The position numbers and the translations under genes were made by a program. From positions 814,503 through 878,502 of the forward strand of contig JBAZWB010000001.1 in NCBI GenBank assembly GCA_041660605.1: DNA of 64,000 nt, in the 5' to 3' direction. The notes below the pieces were generated by a model. The model did not search any database. It saw nothing but the letters and a program-made list of their open reading frames with translations, and was not told where the DNA came from. This document shows positions 18,298 through 27,266 of the stretch, in pieces. The stretch's first letter is position 1. Every line of letters begins with the position of its first letter. The stretch comes from Patescibacteria group bacterium. Lineage in GTDB: Bacteria; Patescibacteriota; Patescibacteriia; UBA10025; JAHIVO01.

Positions 18298-21200
18298 ATG
18301 CATTTAATCAATGCGAAATCAGCCCGACATTACACCCCCTTGGTCGTAGCGGCGGTCTTTGTCGTGGGTTTAGTGAGTATTTTATTTATTCCGAAACCAG
18401 CATTTGCTGCGAGAAATCTAACAAACGCTACCGTTAATGACACAAATGCGGTAACAGTTGGCCCAAATGAATCCATAAATGTTTGGCTTGAGGTAACTAC
18501 AAGTAGAAATTTGAATAATCCAATGGACGAAAATGACTGGAAGTCAACAAGCTATAAAATCGGTAATAACGCGTGGGTATGCTTGGACACACCAGATCAT
18601 ACGGTTTCCGGGACATATTCTGAAACTTTTTCCATCACTGCGCCTGGAACAGCTGGTGTCTATAATTTTAAATTAAAAGCCTGGAAAAATGATGATTGTT
18701 CCCATGGGGCAAGCAATGAAAAAGTTATGAACAACGCAATAACCGTAGCTAATCCTGTTTGCGGTGACGGTGATATTAATCAAGCTTCCGAAGAATGCGA
18801 TGACGGAAATATAACGGGCGGCGATGGCTGTAGCTCTACCTGTACAATCGAACCTACCACCGGCACGCTCCGCCTGGTTAAAAATACTGTTGGTGGAGAT
18901 GATACTTTCTCCATTTTATGGACAACCTGTGATTTCAATGTTCTCCCCGGCTTCTGTATGACCGCGTTCCCAGTTTCGACCAGCTCAATCACGACAAGCG
19001 GTGGCACCAATTACATTGATTATGAAGTTCCTGCAGGCTGGTATACTGCCAGCGAGGACGACTCGACATTACCAGTCGGCTGGGTCCGTACAGATACATC
19101 ATGCGGCGGATTCAGTGGGCTGTACGTGGCCGCAGGCCAAACAACTACCTGCACAATTACTAATACTTACACTCCCCCATGCGGAAATGGGACAGTAGAT
19201 CCAGGTGAACAATGCGATGACTACAATAACCAAAACGGCGATGGGTGCGATGCAAATTGTAACATTGAAATACCCGACCAGGATGCCGACGGCATTTCTG
19301 ATTCTTCTGATAATTGCCCAAAAGTTGCCAATCCAGACCAGGCAGACAGAGATAATGACGGCATAGGAGATTATTGCGATAATTGCCAATCTATATCTAA
19401 TGCCGATCAGGCTGATAACGACGGTGATTATTACGGTAATGTTTGTGATAATTGCCAAAATGTGTACAACCAGACTCAGGCTGATTCTGATAACGATGGC
19501 GTTGGTGATTCCTGCGATAATTGCCCTACAATGACGAATCCAGATCAATCAGAATCTGACGGAGATAAAATCGGTAATACCTGCGATAATTGCCCCCTGG
19601 CATTCAATCCTGATCAGGCTGATGCGAATGGAAACGGAGTTGGTAATGCTTGTGATATTGTTTGCGGTAACTATGTCGTAGAACCCGGCGAACAATGTGA
19701 CGACGGGAATATTCAAAATGGCGATGGCTGCAGCGCCACTTGCACCATAGAACTGCCCGATCAGGATCATGATGGTATTTCTGATGCTTCTGATAATTGT
19801 CGCTATGTAGCCAATCCCGACCAGGTGGATACTGATGCGGACGGTCTCGGTGATTATTGCGACAATTGCAAAATGATTCCAAATGATGACCAGGCAGACA
19901 GTGATGGAGATTTAATAGGAGAAGTATGCGATAACTGCGCGTATACTGCCAATAGTGACCAGTCGGATGATGACGTTGATGGCCTGGGCAATGCCTGCGA
20001 TAACTATAACTGTATTATTACCGGGGCAGAAGATTGCAATTACGGGTATGATAATGATTGCGATGGATTTGTTGATTGTGCCGATAGTGATTGTAACGAT
20101 GATCCGATCTGCCAGCCAATCGTTTGCGGCAACGGTATTACCGAAACCGGAGAGCAATGCGATGACGGTAACACCACAAATATTGATGGCTGTTCTTCAA
20201 CCTGCCAAACAGAAAATGTTTGCACTCCAGGCTGCTACTCTGTCTGGGTCGGAGATCAATACTGTGATGAATCATGCAATAATGCCTCATGCAATTGGGA
20301 TGGCGGCGACTGCGGTCCAACCTGCGGCAATGATATTACCGAAACTCCGGAGGAATGCGACGGAAACTCACAATCGTGTACAACCGCCCAAGGATACGCC
20401 GGTTCGCAAAATTGTAATATGCCAATTAGAGATGCCTTCACAATAACATCTGCTGTACAAAGTTATTGCACCTGGAACCCCTGCATTACCCAGGAATTCT
20501 GTGGTGATAATACTATAAACGGTACGGAACAATGCGACGATGGTAATACAGTTGATGGCGACGGTTGCAGTGCCGCTTGCACTACAGAAGCACCAACTTG
20601 CCCGAATCTATTCTTCTCTGAATACATTGAAGGCAACGGTAATAATAAAGCACTGGAAATTTATAACCCGACCGCCAGCGGCGTAAATCTGAACGGTTAT
20701 GCTGTGGTGATTTATTCCAATGGCTCAACCACCCCCAGCCAAACAATTGCGCTTTCAAATACCACTTTGGGAACGGGTAATGTATATGTACTTGCTCATC
20801 CTGCTGCGGATGCGGGTATAACAAGCCACGCTAACCAACTTTCTGGCAATATAACTTTTAATGGAGACGATGCAGTTATTCTGAAAAATGGGTCAACAAT
20901 AATTGATGCTATCGGCCGAATCGGCTATCAACCAGGCTCTGGTGAATGGGGAACCGGCCTTACCAGCACAAAAGATAATACTCTGGTCAGAAAATGCGGA
21001 ATCAGTTGTGGTGATATGAATGGATCTGATTCATTCAATCCTGCTACTGAATGGGACGGCTATGCAATCAATACATATTCCTACTTAGGCTCGCATACTC
21101 TGGCATGCCCTGTCTGTGGTGACGATATATTAAACGGTGATACTGAACAGTGCGACGATGGGAATCTGGTTGATGGCGACGGTTGCTCAGCAAAATGTAC

Positions 21201-23496
21201 CTGGGAACCAGCCACCATTAATGCACAAAAGATTGTTTGCAATGATGAATCTTTACTGCCAAATTGGGGAACGGGTGGCCCAGATATCACCTCTTCAACA
21301 GCCGCTGACTATGTTGCCAGCCATGAGGGTTGCCGCTTAGTTGACTGGACTTTTCAATGGAGACCAGATGGAACAAATCCATACAACCCGGGAGATAATA
21401 CTGGCGAGGCAAGTGGTGCATGGTCAACTCCATTCAGCGCTTCAGCTGACATTTCCACAGATATCTCAAAAGTCTGGCTGCGCGAAGTGTGGAATTCTGA
21501 ATATATTCCCTTTACCTATGAATCGGCAGATGGAAATTTAAATAATGTAAGTGCAGAATTTTACTGCAACGCAGATGTGTTAAATTACGATAACTTAGAA
21601 TGGATAAATACCCAGCCTGGCCAGGAATATTACTGCGTAGGATTTAATGCACTCGCGGCTCGCTGCGGCGATGGCACTGTAAATCAGGAATCCGAACAAT
21701 GCGATGGTGATGCGGATAAAGCATGCACCACGCCTGATGGCTACGCTGGCACCCAAACCTGCAATATGCCTATCAAAGGCGACTTCGTAGCTGTTTTTAG
21801 GATAGAAAATTCCTGCACCTGGAACCCTTGCGATCCGACTGAGTTCTGCGGCGACGGGATCGTGAACGGCACTGAAGAGTGTGACGGAGATGCCGGCATT
21901 ACCGGCGAAGAGTTCTGCTCAGACTCATGCACCATTGAAACAACCAGCTTTGAACTCACAAAATCAGTCCTGGTAAATGGAGAACTGTCAAGCACCGCCA
22001 ATGAAGGTGATACGCTCACCTACACTATCACTGCAAAAAATACCGGCACTACTGACGAGTCTAATCTGGTCATTAAAGACACTACGCCGACCAATACGAC
22101 ATTGGTTCCTGGAGAACTAGGATATCAGGTCAATGGCGATGAATTAACCTGGGACGCATTCAACCTCGACGCAGGAGACACCCACGAAGTTACCTTCAAT
22201 GTGACCGTCAACGGCAGCTTACCAGAAGGAACCACGGAAATCACCAATGAAGCTACGCTTTGGCAGTTTGAGGGAGCCAACTTAGAGGTTGCATCCCCTG
22301 TCAGCTTTTTGCATAAGGTTTTGGGAATCAAAACTGCAAACGCACAAGCTGCTCCGTTGGTCTTGAGAGCTACTTCAAATTTAGTCCTGACCACTGTCGT
22401 AATTGGAGTCAAACCGTTTTGCGGCGACAATATGGTTAACCAGGAATTCGAGCAGTGCGACGGCACCGACGGTGTTGGAGAGCACCAGCAATGCAATGCC
22501 GATTGCCGTCTGGAAAATCTTCCTTATTGCGGCGATGGGATTAAGAACGGTACTGAGGAATGCGATACTACTGACGGAATTACCGGCGACCAGACCTGCT
22601 CAGAGACCTGCACCATCGTTGAGCCTGAACCAACGCTGAATCCAGTACTCTCAATCATTAAGTCAGTAGATAAAACAACTACCAATCCCGGCACAACGCT
22701 GGTTTACACAGTTACTGTTTCCAATTCCGGCAGTGTTGAGGCTACGGACGTAGTAATGACTGACGCTTTACCGGCCGGATTTACATTTGCTAATGCCGAC
22801 GGTAGTAATTCCGGTGATACGAATAAGACCTGGAATTTAGGCGACCTGGCTGCTGGTGGTGATACTACTGTTACTTATAACGTGTTGGTAGATTCAAATG
22901 CCGGATCTAGAATATATACAAACACTGCTACGGCTACTGCTAGTAACTTCACTGGTTCAGTCACTGCCAAGGCAGACGTTAACGTAATTATAACGAAAGT
23001 GCTCGGAGAAACTGCTTCGCAACTGACCATTACCAAAAAAGCTGATAAAGCCTTCACCAACCCGGCAGGCAGAATCACCTACACAGTTACCGTTACGAAT
23101 AATGGCGACGCGCCGGCTATGAACGCGGTACTGGTAGATAAATTACCCGCAGGATTGATCTATGCAGGTACCAAGGACCAAACTACGGCTACTTGGAAGC
23201 TTGGCGATATCGCACCGACAGAAACAATCACAAAGACATATCAAGCTACGGTGTTACCAAAAACAGAACCAGGTAAATACGTTAATACCGCTTCGGTTTC
23301 GGCTGACGATGTAGCCAAGATATCAGCTAATGCCACAGTAGAGGTGCGGAAAGTGGCAGTCCTGGGCGCGGAAACAGACGAAGATGCGGCTTTACCGGTA
23401 ACCGGTATGAACATTATTCAGTATCTCTACATTATCGGTGCCGGACTAGTGGTGATCTTCTCCGGTTGGGCTCTGAGACTGACGATTTCCAGATAA
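18298..23496 (+). CDS. Giant Cys-rich adhesin: Myxococcus-type Cys-rich (DUF4215) repeats, thrombospondin type 3 repeats, LNR-like repeat, lamin-tail domain, DUF11 domains, LPVTG signal
   Basis: ATG at 18298 follows AAGGAG; the TTG at 18208 is the -35 box. Motifs CGDG....EECDDGN...GDGCS, DNCP..NPDQ.D.D.DG.GD.C, LFFSEYIEG..NKALEIYN, VLGAETDEDAALPVTG plus TM. Confidence 0.88.
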   Translation: MHLINAKSARHYTPLVVAAVFVVGLVSILFIPKPAFAARNLTNATVNDTNAVTVGPNESINVWLEVTTSRNLNNPMDENDWKSTSYKIGNNAWVCLDTPDHTVSGTYSETFSITAPGTAGVYNFKLKAWKNDDCSHGASNEKVMNNAITVANPVCGDGDINQASEECDDGNITGGDGCSSTCTIEPTTGTLRLVKNTVGGDDTFSILWTTCDFNVLPGFCMTAFPVSTSSITTSGGTNYIDYEVPAGWYTASEDDSTLPVGWVRTDTSCGGFSGLYVAAGQTTTCTITNTYTPPCGNGTVDPGEQCDDYNNQNGDGCDANCNIEIPDQDADGISDSSDNCPKVANPDQADRDNDGIGDYCDNCQSISNADQADNDGDYYGNVCDNCQNVYNQTQADSDNDGVGDSCDNCPTMTNPDQSESDGDKIGNTCDNCPLAFNPDQADANGNGVGNACDIVCGNYVVEPGEQCDDGNIQNGDGCSATCTIELPDQDHDGISDASDNCRYVANPDQVDTDADGLGDYCDNCKMIPNDDQADSDGDLIGEVCDNCAYTANSDQSDDDVDGLGNACDNYNCIITGAEDCNYGYDNDCDGFVDCADSDCNDDPICQPIVCGNGITETGEQCDDGNTTNIDGCSSTCQTENVCTPGCYSVWVGDQYCDESCNNASCNWDGGDCGPTCGNDITETPEECDGNSQSCTTAQGYAGSQNCNMPIRDAFTITSAVQSYCTWNPCITQEFCGDNTINGTEQCDDGNTVDGDGCSAACTTEAPTCPNLFFSEYIEGNGNNKALEIYNPTASGVNLNGYAVVIYSNGSTTPSQTIALSNTTLGTGNVYVLAHPAADAGITSHANQLSGNITFNGDDAVILKNGSTIIDAIGRIGYQPGSGEWGTGLTSTKDNTLVRKCGISCGDMNGSDSFNPATEWDGYAINTYSYLGSHTLACPVCGDDILNGDTEQCDDGNLVDGDGCSAKCTWEPATINAQKIVCNDESLLPNWGTGGPDITSSTAADYVASHEGCRLVDWTFQWRPDGTNPYNPGDNTGEASGAWSTPFSASADISTDISKVWLREVWNSEYIPFTYESADGNLNNVSAEFYCNADVLNYDNLEWINTQPGQEYYCVGFNALAARCGDGTVNQESEQCDGDADKACTTPDGYAGTQTCNMPIKGDFVAVFRIENSCTWNPCDPTEFCGDGIVNGTEECDGDAGITGEEFCSDSCTIETTSFELTKSVLVNGELSSTANEGDTLTYTITAKNTGTTDESNLVIKDTTPTNTTLVPGELGYQVNGDELTWDAFNLDAGDTHEVTFNVTVNGSLPEGTTEITNEATLWQFEGANLEVASPVSFLHKVLGIKTANAQAAPLVLRATSNLVLTTVVIGVKPFCGDNMVNQEFEQCDGTDGVGEHQQCNADCRLENLPYCGDGIKNGTEECDTTDGITGDQTCSETCTIVEPEPTLNPVLSIIKSVDKTTTNPGTTLVYTVTVSNSGSVEATDVVMTDALPAGFTFANADGSNSGDTNKTWNLGDLAAGGDTTVTYNVLVDSNAGSRIYTNTATATASNFTGSVTAKADVNVIITKVLGETASQLTITKKADKAFTNPAGRITYTVTVTNNGDAPAMNAVLVDKLPAGLIYAGTKDQTTATWKLGDIAPTETITKTYQATVLPKTEPGKYVNTASVSADDVAKISANATVEVRKVAVLGAETDEDAALPVTGMNIIQYLYIIGAGLVVIFSGWALRLTISR

Positions 23497-23513
23497 TTTC
23501 AGAAATTTCAATA

Positions 23514-23549
23514 CAAAAAGACCCTGCGGTTTTACCGAGGGTCTTTTTG
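23514..23549 (+). terminator. Intrinsic terminator (paralogous to 17861-17896)
   Basis: CAAAAAGACCCTGCGG...GAGGGTCTTTTTG. Confidence 0.85.
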
Positions 23550-23626
23550 GTTTATCCGCTCTGTCACATCGACCGAAGTGGAGATGTCTCTAAGATAATT
23601 ACATACTACCTTTTTGGTATTTAAAA

Positions 23627-23983
23627 TTATCTTAAATATTCTAATATCTTTTCAATTACCCCTTCAATATTATTATAAACATCACTATTCATAAATCTTA
23701 AAAAACGTATGTTGAATTGTTCAATGTACTCCTGCCGTACCCGGTCATAAATCCGCGCCTCTTTATTGAAATGCGTTGGTCCGTCAACTTCTATGGCTAG
23801 TTTAATTTTTGGACAGTAAAAATCAATCACATATGGACCGACGCTGTACTGCCGACGGAATTTATAGCCGGACAGTCGTTTATCTTTAAGATAACGCCAA
23901 AGCACCACCTCAGCCCTTGGTGCTAAATTCCTTAAAGTCTGACGTCTTTTTTTCATTTTATGTTTGTTGAAGACAACTGTCAT
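23627..23983 (-). CDS. DUF559 (Vsr-like, PD-(D/E)xK) endonuclease-domain protein
   Basis: RRQTLR..AEVVLW..L...GYKFRRQYSVGPYVIDFYCP..KLAIEVDG..H; probable start MTVVFN at 23983. Confidence 0.9.
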   Translation of the reverse strand: MTVVFNKHKMKKRRQTLRNLAPRAEVVLWRYLKDKRLSGYKFRRQYSVGPYVIDFYCPKIKLAIEVDGPTHFNKEARIYDRVRQEYIEQFNIRFLRFMNSDVYNNIEGVIEKILEYLR

Positions 23984-23999
23984 AGGTGCTGGTGGAGCT

Positions 24000-24182
24000 A
24001 CCTCCCTCTTAGCAAAGGTTATTGATTTAATCTTGCCTTTATGCGGCCCCTCCTTGGCAGGAGGGGTGGACTCCTCCCCAAATAGCATTGATGGTATTGC
24101 CGGCGTCTTTCTCCCCTCCTTGTTCAAGGAGGGGAAATGCCTCAGTGCCAGCAATAGCAGAATGATAGTGGTGAGGGGTGGT
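24000..24182. repeat. ~180-nt palindromic element, copy B (directly 5' of the DUF559 gene)
   Basis: Colinear with 17945-18126; stems conserved, loops differ. Confidence 0.9.
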
Positions 24183-24302
24183 GTATTTAAGTGGCACAAC
24201 GCATAAAAACCTTCCGCGGATTGCCGGGGAAGGCTAACGTTTCAATAATATCACTTTTCAGCACCAAGTCAACTCAACCTCTGTAAATTTAAAAAACTAC
24301 AT

Positions 24303-24372
24303 TGACAGGTATCCCCTTTTTCCGCTAAACTAATACAATTTATTGACAAACGGAGAAATAATTGGCTATAAT
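24303..24372 (+). promoter_or_regulatory. Tandem sigma70-type promoters
   Basis: TTGACA-N18-TAAACT and TTGACA-N18-TATAAT. Confidence 0.65.
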
Positions 24373-24432
24373 TGGTAGAGAAATAAAAACCTTTTATATA
24401 TTATTTTACAAATTATTAATCAAACAACGCAT

Positions 24433-27024
24433 ATGAAAATTAGTGTAAAAATGCCAAAAAGTCTTCGCATTTTAGTGCCGATAATGATTTTTAGCATGGC
24501 ACTAATATTTGCTCCAACTCTGGCAAAGGCAGCCACAACATACACAGTTGACGCTGACTTTGACCAAGGCTCACTTATTAATGTAGTGCATACGCCCAGC
24601 GATCAGCTCCAACTGACTGACCAGGTCGAAGCTTTTAACTTCATTTGGGTAGCCAATTCGGGCGAAGGCACAATTGTTAAAATTAATACGGATACCGGCG
24701 CTATCGTCGGCGAGTACCGTACTTCACCGAATGGCACCTATGGCAACCCCTCCCGCACCACCGTCGACAAAGATGGCAGTGTCTGGGTAGGAAACCGCCA
24801 AGCGGTCAGCGGTAACAATGCCGCTATTACCCACGTCGGCTTACTCGAGAACGGTCAGTGCGAAGACCGCAACGGTAACGGCATAATTGATACTTCGACC
24901 GGCTTGAATGATGTAAAGGACTGGACTGATGAGAGCGGAACTCGCGGGGTCGCTACTGCCCAGGACGAATGTATTGTCCATTTCACTCCAATTGAATCCT
25001 ATGATGCCAGGCATATTTCAGTCGACTCGGCAAATAACATCTGGGTCAGCGGTATCAGTAACCGCACTTTCTTCTATATTGTTGGCGGGAAATATAATAT
25101 ACCGAATTCCGGCACTATCGTACGGACTGAAACAGGCATCGGCTATGGCGGCTATGGCGGCTTAATTTCAGGTGATGTCATTTGGTCAGCCAATCCATTA
25201 CTTCGCTGGGATACCAACTACCCTCTATCAGATGCCGCACACCACACAACTTACAGCCATGACAGCTACGGACTCTGCGAAGACAGCCAGGGAAACGTCT
25301 GGAATACTTCCCTCTCTGGCGGTGTAATTAGGAAATTCAATCCGGCTGGTGATTTGCTAGGCACCTATTCTTACGGCGCTTCCAATGCCCAAGGCTGTGT
25401 CGTTGACGGCAATGACGACGTCTGGGTAGCTCACTCGCTGTGGGGTAACAGCGTTGGCCATTTATTAAACGACGGCACGCTCGTTGGTGTTATACCGGTC
25501 GGCAATGGTCCGACTGGAGTAGCGGTAGACCACAACGGCAAAATTTGGGTCACCCATTATTCTTCCCCCTATACAGTCAAAAGGATAGACCCAACGCTTG
25601 GTGATATCGGCGGTGGCGGTGCCACGATTGGTGCAGTCGATTATACTTCAGTTGATCTTGGTGGCAGCCTCTACAACTATTCTGATATGACTGGCAGCAC
25701 TCTTTCCGGAAAAGCCGAGAGTGGCACATGGACTGTTGTTTATGATTCCCAGGCTACCGGTCCTATCGGTGATAATATTTCCTGGACTGCTGATGTGCCG
25801 AATGACGGCAATTTAACCGTCTCCATAGCGCTCAGTGACGACGGTGCCACCTATGGTATTCCGGCAACTGTAACGAACGGCCAGGATATTTCAGCGTTAA
25901 GCGCCCGATATTATAAAATCACGGTCAGCTTTGAACGAGGCGGCCGGGGTGTTAGCCCGATACTTTATGACCTCTCCCTTTCTTCACCTTACTGCGGTGA
26001 CGGAATAGCGAATCAGGAAACTGAAGAGTGCGACGGCACCGACGGCGTTGGCGGGCACCAGCAATGCACCCGTAACTGTACACTAGAAAACCTCCCTTAC
26101 TGCGGTGACGGCATTAAAAATGCCAATGAACAATGCGACGGATCTGACGGAGTAAACGCCGGCGAAGTTTGCACTGCGGAGTGTACAGTAACTGCAGTTG
26201 ATGCCAACGGACCAATCCTGACAATTACCAAAACAGTGCGGGATTCTAAGGTGGCTCCAACCGGAACCGCCACTTACACGGTTACGGTTACCAATACCGG
26301 TGCAGCCACGGCGGAAAACGTCAAACTGCATGATATACTTCCTATAAATTTCACTTTTGCTGATAATGGCATCGGCACCCACGACTGGGATCTAGGCGAT
26401 TTAACAGCCAATGAATCAACTACGGTTAGCTATGTTGTAAATATCAGCGAGAATGCCAACCAAGGTACTTATGAAAACATTGCTGTTGCCTCAGCCGACA
26501 ATTATGGAAATGTTTCCACCAAAGTGCCGGTACAGATAGAGTTTAAGACGATTGGGAAAAAAGCACCGTCATTAACCATCACCAAGACAGCAGATAAAAG
26601 CCTGGCTAATCCCGCCAGTACGGTCGGATATACTGTTACTATTGCCAATAATGGCGATGCTCCGGCGTTTAATGTTGTTTTGAAGGACACACTGCCAGCC
26701 GGTTTTGTTTTTGACGATGGCGCTACAACGAGAACCTGGACATTGGGCGATCTGGCACCGACAGAGAAAAAAATTATCACCTACTTTGCCAAAGTTGATG
26801 CCAGTGCTGCTGCGGCTATCTATGATAATGTCGCCGTTGTTACAGCGGATAATGTAGATGATATTTCTGCCGTGGCAACGGTGGAAGTCCGCACCGTACA
26901 GGTATTAGGCGCGGAAACTGATCCGGAAGCAGTATTACCGGTTACCGGCGGTGGATTCGAAATAACTTTATTAGTTGCATTTACATTAATCAGTGCCGGG
27001 GCTTTATTGATCGTTAAGCGCTAA
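24433..27024 (+). CDS. Surface protein: Vgb/NHL-like beta-propeller, Cys-rich repeats, two DUF11 domains, LPVTG signal
   Basis: IWVANS, NPSRTTVD..GSVWVGNR, GVAVD..GKIWV, YNYSDMTG; VLGAETDPEAVLPVTG plus TM and KR. Confidence 0.85.
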   Translation: MKISVKMPKSLRILVPIMIFSMALIFAPTLAKAATTYTVDADFDQGSLINVVHTPSDQLQLTDQVEAFNFIWVANSGEGTIVKINTDTGAIVGEYRTSPNGTYGNPSRTTVDKDGSVWVGNRQAVSGNNAAITHVGLLENGQCEDRNGNGIIDTSTGLNDVKDWTDESGTRGVATAQDECIVHFTPIESYDARHISVDSANNIWVSGISNRTFFYIVGGKYNIPNSGTIVRTETGIGYGGYGGLISGDVIWSANPLLRWDTNYPLSDAAHHTTYSHDSYGLCEDSQGNVWNTSLSGGVIRKFNPAGDLLGTYSYGASNAQGCVVDGNDDVWVAHSLWGNSVGHLLNDGTLVGVIPVGNGPTGVAVDHNGKIWVTHYSSPYTVKRIDPTLGDIGGGGATIGAVDYTSVDLGGSLYNYSDMTGSTLSGKAESGTWTVVYDSQATGPIGDNISWTADVPNDGNLTVSIALSDDGATYGIPATVTNGQDISALSARYYKITVSFERGGRGVSPILYDLSLSSPYCGDGIANQETEECDGTDGVGGHQQCTRNCTLENLPYCGDGIKNANEQCDGSDGVNAGEVCTAECTVTAVDANGPILTITKTVRDSKVAPTGTATYTVTVTNTGAATAENVKLHDILPINFTFADNGIGTHDWDLGDLTANESTTVSYVVNISENANQGTYENIAVASADNYGNVSTKVPVQIEFKTIGKKAPSLTITKTADKSLANPASTVGYTVTIANNGDAPAFNVVLKDTLPAGFVFDDGATTRTWTLGDLAPTEKKIITYFAKVDASAAAAIYDNVAVVTADNVDDISAVATVEVRTVQVLGAETDPEAVLPVTGGGFEITLLVAFTLISAGALLIVKR

Positions 27025-27048
27025 AATCATTATTCAATTCAAATAATC

Positions 27049-27096
27049 AAAGACCGCGGTTAGCACAGGTTATTCAAACCACTACCGCGGTTTTTG
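27049..27096 (+). terminator. Intrinsic terminator
   Basis: GACCGCGGT...ACCGCGGTT followed by a T-tract. Confidence 0.7.
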
Positions 27097-27266
27097 TATT
27101 TGTTCTATAATTGAAAAATCATTTCCCGCAATAAACGATGATCTATATAATAAAAACTTGCCTTACTTCGTCAAATAAACGCGCCTCTTGACAAAACCCT
27201 GCTACTATGGTAAACTTGCCTGTTCTGAAAAAAATCTGATATAATTATTCTATAATTATAAATACG

